Positions 55,450-64,000 of a stretch of DNA of 64,000 nt are shown here, in pieces. A program made the translations under genes and the position numbers. Each line of letters opens with the position of its first letter. The first letter of the stretch is position 1. The stretch is from an uncultured Cellulomonas sp. GTDB taxonomy: Bacteria; Actinomycetota; Actinomycetes; Actinomycetales; Cellulomonadaceae. The notes under the pieces were generated by a model that was not told where the DNA came from, searched no databases, and was given only the letters and a program-made list of their open reading frames with translations. The stretch covers positions 15,429 through 79,428 of the forward strand of contig NZ_CANLTL010000018.1 in the NCBI RefSeq assembly GCF_947494015.1. Reading direction: 5' to 3'.

Positions 55450-57035
55450 CAACGCTCCCGGTCGCCCGCGCCGGTCCGGTCGTCGGGCGGCGGGACGACC
55501 GGGGAGAAGATGGCCGGTCGGCCGTCGCCGCCGGGTGCGCCCGACGACGGGTCGCGCGGTGGCAGGTCCGGCAGCCAGTCGAGGGGCCCGTCCGGGGACC
55601 GGTGCGCCCCCCGGGGGGAGTCTGCGGCCTCGCCCGCAGCGCGGCGCGGGGCGGGCTCCGCCCCGGCTGGGCGGGGCGACCCGCCGTCGTCGGGCGCAGC
55701 GGGGGTGGCGTCGGGCTGTGGCCCGGCTGCCTGGCCCGGCGCGACCGGCGGGTCCGGCGTCGGGTCCGGGGTCGGGTCCGGGGTCCGGTCCGGCGCCGGG
55801 GCGGCGTGCGGCTCGAGGACCGGGTCGGGCGCCGGCTCGCGGACCGCGTCGGGCACCGGCGCAGGTGCCGCCACGGGTGCCGCCACGGGTGCCGGTCCTG
55901 GGGCCGGGGCCTCGGGGACCGGCTCCGGGTCCGTCTCGTGGCGGACGGGCGCGCTCATCCAGTCCAGCGCGAGCCACCGGATGCCGCCGCGGTCCGGCGC
56001 GGTCGCGGCCAGCGCGGCGACCGGGCCCCCACCCAGGCCGGGAAGGACGGCGTCGGGCGCGATCTGAGCCCACGGCTGCAGCACGAAGGCGCGCTGGTGC
56101 GCGCGCGGGTGCGGCAGCTCGAGGTCGTCGGTCACGGCCAGGGTCGTGTCGTAGGTGATGAGGTCGATGTCCAGCGTGCGCGGTCCCCAGTGCTCGCGTC
56201 GCTCGCGGCCGTGCGCGGCCTCCACGCCCTGCACCGCCCGCAGCAGCGTGCGGGCGGCCAGCGTGGTGCGGACCAGGACCACCGCGTTGAGGAAGTCGGG
56301 CTGGTCCGGGCCGCCGACCGGGGCGGTCCGGGCGAGCGGGGACACCGCGACGAGCTCGACGCCGTCCAGCGCCTCGAGCTCGGCGACCGCGGCTCGCAGC
56401 GTGCTCTGCGGGGCGCCGATGTTGGACCCGAGCGCGAGCACGGCCTCGACCGGGACCGGCGGCGCCTCGTCGAGACGGTCCGGCCCGGCGGGCACCGGCT
56501 CGCCGGTCCCCCGGCCGGCGGGCGTGGGCTGCCCCGGCGCGCCGGTCGCCGCGGGGGCACCGCCGCCCGGGGTCGCCCCCTTCGGCGTGCGGTCGCGCGG
56601 CGGCTCCCACGGCTCGGCCGCGGGCAGCTTCTGGCGGTCCCGCCGCACCCGGACGACGACGTCCTCGAACGGCACGGTCACCGGCGCGCCGGGCTTGTGC
56701 ACCGCGACGTCCACCGCCACCACGGCGGGGTCGGCGAGCGCGGTGGCGGCGATCCGCTCGGCGACCGTCTCCACGAGGTCCGCGGGCTCGCCGGCGAGCA
56801 CCGCGGCGACCTTCTCGGCCAGCACGCCGTAGTCCACGGTGCGGGACAGGTCGTCGCCGGCCGCGGCGCGACGGGTGTCCAGGTGCACCACCACGTCGGC
56901 CCGGAACAGCTGTCCCTCGCGGCGCTCGTGCTCGAACACGCCGTGGTACCCCGTCGCGCTGATCCCGGCCAGCACGACCTGGTCCAGCGGGTGCCCCGAG
57001 TCGTCCAGGGCCGGGCCCATCGGATGGGTGCTCAC
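55449..57035 (-). CDS. folK: Fused dihydroneopterin aldolase (FolB) / HPPK (FolK) with about 160-aa Pro-rich C-terminal tail
   Basis: This is a single open frame. FolB motifs are GISATGYHGVFEHERREGQLF and VDYGVLAEKV. A linker follows. FolK motifs are AVLALGSNIG, GGPDQPDFLNAVV, WGPRTLDIDLI and LPHPRAHQRAFVL. The tail is P/A/D-rich. GTG 57035 overlaps the folP stop (GTGA), and ATG 57020 is an alternative. Confidence 0.85.
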   Translation of the reverse strand: MSTHPMGPALDDSGHPLDQVVLAGISATGYHGVFEHERREGQLFRADVVVHLDTRRAAAGDDLSRTVDYGVLAEKVAAVLAGEPADLVETVAERIAATALADPAVVAVDVAVHKPGAPVTVPFEDVVVRVRRDRQKLPAAEPWEPPRDRTPKGATPGGGAPAATGAPGQPTPAGRGTGEPVPAGPDRLDEAPPVPVEAVLALGSNIGAPQSTLRAAVAELEALDGVELVAVSPLARTAPVGGPDQPDFLNAVVLVRTTLAARTLLRAVQGVEAAHGRERREHWGPRTLDIDLITYDTTLAVTDDLELPHPRAHQRAFVLQPWAQIAPDAVLPGLGGGPVAALAATAPDRGGIRWLALDWMSAPVRHETDPEPVPEAPAPGPAPVAAPVAAPAPVPDAVREPAPDPVLEPHAAPAPDRTPDPTPDPTPDPPVAPGQAAGPQPDATPAAPDDGGSPRPAGAEPAPRRAAGEAADSPRGAHRSPDGPLDWLPDLPPRDPSSGAPGGDGRPAIFSPVVPPPDDRTGAGDRER

Positions 57036-57937
57036 GTCGTCACGTCCTCGTCGCTCGGTCCGTCCGGCGCCGTCCCGGCGCCGGTCCATGCGGCGGCTAC
57101 CCGGACGGCGTCCGCCGAGCCTGCCACCTCGTGCACCCGCACGCACCACGCCCCGGCGCGGGCCGCGAGCGCGCTGACCGCGGCGGTCGCCGCGTCCCGG
57201 CGGGCCGGCGGGACCGGCACGCCGTCCGGCCCGGCGAGCAGGTGCCCGAGGAACCGCTTGCGGGACGCGCCGACCAGGACCGGACGCCCCAGGGACGCCA
57301 CCCGGTCCAGGTGGGCCAGCAGCGGCCAGTTGTCCGACCCCTGCTTGGCGAACCCGAGCCCGGGGTCGAGCACGACCTGGGCCGGGTCGACGCCGGCCCC
57401 GGCCAGCTCGGCCAGGCGGTCGGCCAGCTCGCGGCGCACGTCCTCGACCACGTCGTCGTAGTCGGTGCGGGCCTCCATGACGTCGGCGTGCCCGCGCCAG
57501 TGCATCGCGACGTACACGACGCCGAGGCGGGCGACGGTCGCCCGCATCGCCGGGTCCGCGAGCCCGCCGGACACGTCGTTGACCACGACGGCCCCGGCGT
57601 CGACGGCCTGCTCGGCGACGGCCGCGCGGGTGGTGTCGACGCTGACCGCCGCGCCGTCGGCCACCAGCGCCCGGACCACGGGCAGCACGCGCACCAGCTC
57701 GTCCTCGACGGGCACCCGACCGGCCCCCGGCCGGGTCGACTCGCCGCCGACGTCGAGCAGGTCGGCGCCGGCGGCGAGCAAGGACCGGCCGTGCGCGATC
57801 GCGGCGTCGGGCTCGAACCAGCGACCGCCGTCGGAGAAGGAGTCGGGGGTCACGTTGACCACGCCCATCACGAGCGTGCGCCGCACCGCGGTGAGCCTGG
57901 CCGGCAGCGGCGCCGGGTGGACGGGGTGGGCGGGCAC
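57032..57937 (-). CDS. folP: Dihydropteroate synthase
   Basis: VMGVVNVTPDSFSDGG, DVGGESTRPG and DPGLGFAK are present. Confidence 0.93.
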   Translation of the reverse strand: MPAHPVHPAPLPARLTAVRRTLVMGVVNVTPDSFSDGGRWFEPDAAIAHGRSLLAAGADLLDVGGESTRPGAGRVPVEDELVRVLPVVRALVADGAAVSVDTTRAAVAEQAVDAGAVVVNDVSGGLADPAMRATVARLGVVYVAMHWRGHADVMEARTDYDDVVEDVRRELADRLAELAGAGVDPAQVVLDPGLGFAKQGSDNWPLLAHLDRVASLGRPVLVGASRKRFLGHLLAGPDGVPVPPARRDAATAAVSALAARAGAWCVRVHEVAGSADAVRVAAAWTGAGTAPDGPSDEDVTT

Positions 57938-58021
57938 GGCGCTCAGCCTAGGGGCGCTGGGCGGCGGCCCGGTCGGCGGCCGGGCGCGGCGGCCCGGTCG
58001 GCGATCGTGTCGGGGGCGCGA

Positions 58022-58697
58022 TCAGCGGCCGAGGATCAGGCTCATCGCCTCGGCACGGGCGGCGACCTCGCGCATCTGGCCGCGCACGGCCGAGGTCACG
58101 GTGCGCGCACCGGGCTTGCGCACGCCGCGCATCGACATGCACAGGTGCTCGCACTCGACCACGACGATGGCTCCGCGCGGCTTGAGGTGCTCGACGACGG
58201 CGTCCGCGATCTGCGAGGTCAGCCGCTCCTGCACCTGCGGGCGACGCGCGTACAGGTCGACCACGCGGGCCAGCTTGCTCAGGCCGGTGATCCGGCCGTC
58301 CGCGTTCGGGATGTAGCCGACGTGCGCGACCCCGTGGAACGGCACCAGGTGGTGCTCGCAGGTGGAGTACACCTCGATGTCCTTGACCAGCACCATCTCC
58401 TCGTGGCCGAGGTCGAAGGTGGTCGACAGCACGTCGGACGGGTCGAGGTGCAGACCGGCGAACGTCTCGGCGTAGGCCCGCGCCACCCGGGCCGGCGTGT
58501 CCCGCAGACCCTCCCGGTCCGGGTCCTCGCCGACGGCGAGCAGCAGCTCGCGGACGGCCGCCTCGACGCGCGCGGCGTCGTAGGGGCGCCCGGCCACGCC
58601 ACCCGGGTCCACCGTGGGCACGGTCACCGGTCCGGCGGCAGGTCCGGTCACCGGGTCCGTCGTCGGGTCGACCGCCGGCCCACCACCGGTCGCCCGG

Positions 58698-58705
<8 letters not shown>
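58022..58705 (-). CDS. folE: GTP cyclohydrolase I
   Basis: [22 protein letters not shown] and RPQVQERLT are present. The GTG start overlaps the ftsH end by 8 nt. Confidence 0.93.
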
Positions 58706-60740
<2,035 letters not shown>

Positions 60741-60890
60741 GGGCGTGGGGGGCGTACCCCCTGTTCCCTCCAGATCGGGATCGGGTCTTCCGCGAAGTTA
60801 CACGTTCGGCCCGTCGATCCGGTTCCCTGTTCGCCCAGGGCGGCACGGTGGTCCGGACGGGTGGGCCGACGTCCGAGGACCCCGACGGGC

Positions 60891-60923
60891 GCGGCGGCGC
60901 CGGCGTCCGGCCGGCGCCGCCGC
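60891..60923 (-). terminator. Hairpin after the triple-repeat gene (14-bp perfect stem, 5-nt loop)
   Basis: GCGGCGGCGCCGGC-GTCCG-GCCGGCGCCGCCGC lies about 40 nt downstream of the stop at 60962. Confidence 0.45.
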
Positions 60924-60961
60924 ACCCATCACCGACCACTCACCCGGCCGTCACAGCGTCC

Positions 60962-62275
60962 TCACTGCGCCGGCGCGTCGGCGAAGTAGCCCTGGACGTC
61001 GACCAGGGTCCGCACGGACCCGGCGTCGTTGTACACGGTGAAGCCCGGGCCCAGGCGCGTGATGGCCGCGGTCGCGACGTCGGCGCCCACGCGCGCGTTG
61101 GTGCTGCTCGCCAGGGGGCGGGCGCTGCCCGTGGGGTAGGCGGTCAGGTAGGTGGAGCGGGTCGGGGACGCGGTGGTGAGGTTCAGGGCCACCGCGGTGG
61201 CGTCGGCCGGGACGGTCAGGCCGCTCTGCGCCGGGGTGAAGGCGACCTCGCCGCCCGCGCCGATGGAGCCGGACTGGCCCGCGCGGTGCGCCGGGACGGG
61301 GTAGTACGCCGAGCCGCTGCCGTCGACGAAGTAGCCGACGACGTCCACGACGAGGTGGGTCGAGCCCTGGTCGTTGTAGAGGGTGAACAGGTCGTCGTCA
61401 CCGAGCGCGACGATGGCGAGGTTCGGCACGTCGGACCCGCGGTAAGCGTTGAGCACGCTGGCGTTCGGCGTCCGCGTCGGCTCGCCGAGGTCGTGCGGCC
61501 ACGCGCCGACGTAGGACGTGGTCGCGGTCGTCTCGGTGCTCGTGATCGTCAGGGCGACCGCCTCCGTCCCGGCCGGCGCGCCGGGGACGACGACGTCCAG
61601 GTAGCCGTGGGCGCCGAGCGGGCGCCACTGCCGGGTGTCCAGGATCCGCGCGGATGCCACGGGCACGTAGCCCGACCCGGTGGACGCACCCCAGGCGACG
61701 GGCCGCCGGTAGATCGCCTGGATGTCGGCGAGGAGGTGGGTCCAGCCGGCGTCGTTGTACAGGCCGACCAGGCCGTCGACCAGCGGGACGGTGACGAGGT
61801 TGGCCACGTCGCGCCCGCGCGCGGAGTTCAGCGAGCTCGTGAGGGGCACCACGCCCTCCGGCGCGGCGCCGTCGAGCACGCTGACGAAGCTGGTCGGCGC
61901 CGTCCCCTGGGTGGCCGTCACGTTGAGGACGACGGCGATGGTGTCGTCCGGCAGCCCGAGCTCGGTGACGTCGTACCACGCCGTCTCCTGCGGGCCGACC
62001 GGCCCGAAGACGTCGAGCCGGGTGTCGATGATGCGGAAGGGCTCGGTGGCGCTGAGCAGACCGGCGTCGCCGGGTCCGTCGAGCTGCGTCGGGGTGGCGC
62101 CGGCAGCCGCCGGCCCGGAGCTGGGTGCCGCGACCCGCGTCAGGGTGCCGGACGCGGGCGGCACGAGTGCGACGTCGGCCGCGGGGGCCGTGACGCCGAC
62201 GGCGCTGGTGGTCGCCGCCAGGAGCAGCGAGGTGGCAGCCAGACCGGTGGCTGCGGAGCGGATGAGACGCGACAT
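60962..62275 (-). CDS. Secreted protein of unknown function composed of three ~115-aa internal repeats
   Basis: ATG 62275 has GAGAGGG upstream. The signal is MSRLIRSAATGLAATSLLLAATTSAVG. Three modules end in LYNDAGWTHLLADIQAIY, LYNDQGSTHLVVDVVGYF and VYNDAGSVRTLVDVQGYF. The upstream part of ORF 60962..63820 is rejected because it overlaps hpt and tilS. Confidence 0.75.
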   Translation of the reverse strand: MSRLIRSAATGLAATSLLLAATTSAVGVTAPAADVALVPPASGTLTRVAAPSSGPAAAGATPTQLDGPGDAGLLSATEPFRIIDTRLDVFGPVGPQETAWYDVTELGLPDDTIAVVLNVTATQGTAPTSFVSVLDGAAPEGVVPLTSSLNSARGRDVANLVTVPLVDGLVGLYNDAGWTHLLADIQAIYRRPVAWGASTGSGYVPVASARILDTRQWRPLGAHGYLDVVVPGAPAGTEAVALTITSTETTATTSYVGAWPHDLGEPTRTPNASVLNAYRGSDVPNLAIVALGDDDLFTLYNDQGSTHLVVDVVGYFVDGSGSAYYPVPAHRAGQSGSIGAGGEVAFTPAQSGLTVPADATAVALNLTTASPTRSTYLTAYPTGSARPLASSTNARVGADVATAAITRLGPGFTVYNDAGSVRTLVDVQGYFADAPAQ

Positions 62276-62490
62276 GAGGCCCTCTCGGGGAACGGCGCGC
62301 GCCCATCTGCGCCAGGAGGCGACGCAGACCGTACCCAGGCGGCATGCCGCGCCGAGCTCCCCGCGTGGCCCGGGCGCACGGATGTCACACGCACGGCCGA
62401 GCCGGCAGGACGCCACCGCCGGCGTCCGCCCGCGTCCGCCCGCGCCCGCCCGCCCGCGGCCGCCCGCGCCGACCCGCGCGGCCGCCGGCC

Positions 62491-63045
<555 letters not shown>

Positions 63046-63057
63046 CGCTGGTGCTCC

Positions 63058-64000
63058 TCAGGTGTGGGGGGTGTGGAGCCTCAGCCTCCCACAGACCCGG
63101 CTGCCGAGGACGTCCCGGGGCAGGTGCAGCGGGCCCTGCCCGTGCCAGTCGGTGAGCAGCGCGTCGAGGGCCAGCACGTGCTCGCGGCGCAGCGCACCGG
63201 CGGGCGCCCCGGCGGCGACGGCGGCCGCCCGCAGGGTCCGCCGGCGCACCGCGGCGGGCGCTACGAGCAGCACGACGACGTCGAGGTCGCCGTCCGCGGT
63301 GCGGGCCCGCGCGAGCAGGTCCGCGGCGAGCGCCTCGAGCGCCTCGGCGTCCTCGCGCAGACCGTCCGCGGTCCGGGCCAGCGCCAGCGCGACGCCCGGG
63401 CCGAGCACGTGCTCCAGCACGGGCAGCACCTCGTGCCGGACCCTGCTGCGCACCGGCGCACCTGCGCCCGCGCCCACCGGTGGGGTGTTCGTCGGGTCCT
63501 GCCACGGGTCGAGCCCGGCGGCGGCGCAGACGGCGAGGGTGTCGGTGCGGCGCAGCCCGAGCAGGGGACGGCGGACCAGGCCGCGCCGGGCGGGCATGCC
63601 GGCCAGCGACCGCGCGCCGGACCCACGGCCGAGCCCGAGCAGGACGGTCTCGGCCTGGTCGTCGAGCGTGTGGCCGACCAGCACCGCTGCGGCGCCGAGC
63701 CGCTCGGCGGTCGCCTCGAGCGCCGCGTACCGCGCCGTGCGGGCCGCGGCCTCCGGGCCGCCGCCCGCGTCGACGACCACCGGCTGCACCTCGACCGGCG
63801 CGAGCCCGAGGGTGCGGCACGCCGCGGCGGCGTCGGCGGCGACGCGGTCGCTGCCCAACTGGAGCCCGTGGTCGACGACGACGGCGCCCGCGCGCAGCCC
63901 GGCCCGGGGCGCGACGAAGGCGGTCACGGCCGCGAGCGCGAGCGAGTCCGGCCCCCCGGAGCAGGCGACCAGCACGAGCCCACCACCGCCGACGTCGGCC
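63058..64000 (-). CDS. tilS: tRNA(Ile)-lysidine synthetase TilS, 5' end beyond the right edge
   Basis: The PP-loop is [11 protein letters not shown]. The frame stays open to position 64000 (...[16 protein letters not shown]), so the listed M at 63975 is internal. Confidence 0.88.
   Translation of the reverse strand, partial: ADVGGGGLVLVACSGGPDSLALAAVTAFVAPRAGLRAGAVVVDHGLQLGSDRVAADAAAACRTLGLAPVEVQPVVVDAGGGPEAAARTARYAALEATAERLGAAAVLVGHTLDDQAETVLLGLGRGSGARSLAGMPARRGLVRRPLLGLRRTDTLAVCAAAGLDPWQDPTNTPPVGAGAGAPVRSRVRHEVLPVLEHVLGPGVALALARTADGLREDAEALEALAADLLARARTADGDLDVVVLLVAPAAVRRRTLRAAAVAAGAPAGALRREHVLALDALLTDWHGQGPLHLPRDVLGSRVCGRLRLHTPHT

Noticed and set aside
55449-57149. Separate folB and folK genes, which is the usual arrangement.
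   Set aside because: I looked for a stop after the aldolase domain and for a restart before the HPPK domain. The frame is continuous and the linker has no Met or Val with an SD, so the fusion call stands pending read-level verification.

Overview
Very high-GC chromosomal segment with the gene content and order of an actinobacterium. Lsr2, CarD, SenX3-RegX3, WXG100, DUF3027/DUF3263/DUF3180 and an Mtb Rv3596c-Rv3625c-like tilS-hpt-ftsH-fol-pan-lysS-lsr2 block all point that way. A Micrococcales or Cellulomonas-like origin is my inference only. I call about 58 protein genes, one tRNA-Thr(UGU), and a set of regulatory sites, hairpins and short tandem repeats read directly from the DNA. The sites are two CIRCE elements upstream of groEL, PHO-box direct repeats at pstS and at senX3/phoU, and a few sigma70-like promoters. 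Most genes are tightly packed housekeeping genes: XPB helicase, GroEL, Ung, OtsA, MsiK, CysS, IspDF, CarD, PstSCAB, SenX3-RegX3, PhoU, GpmA, XylAB, LysS, PanCD, FolEPBK, FtsH, Hpt and TilS. I found no rRNA, CRISPR array, transposase, integrase or prophage, and no obvious defence island. Many long ORFs in the track are antisense or out-of-frame shadows typical of high-GC DNA, and several true genes start well inside the listed ORF. The track also prints M for GTG starts. I adjusted starts using homology-typical N-termini, SD-like motifs and 4-nt ATGA/GTGA overlaps. The best candidates for something undescribed are: (1) a secreted protein made of three internal repeats inserted between hpt and ftsH; (2) a co-directional envelope block of TPM-domain protein, PspA, PhoPR-like two-component system, degenerate HD protein, orphan WXG100, DUF4031 and DUF3224; (3) a translationally coupled csp-DUF3027-sacsin-like ATPase triad; (4) XPB coupled to a 764-aa partner of unknown function; (5) two unusual fusions, LLM oxidoreductase-hemerythrin and FolB-FolK with a roughly 160-aa proline-rich tail; (6) an 8-bp tandem repeat inside the pst operon. 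All family assignments come from reading motifs by eye and from memory. None has been checked against a database.
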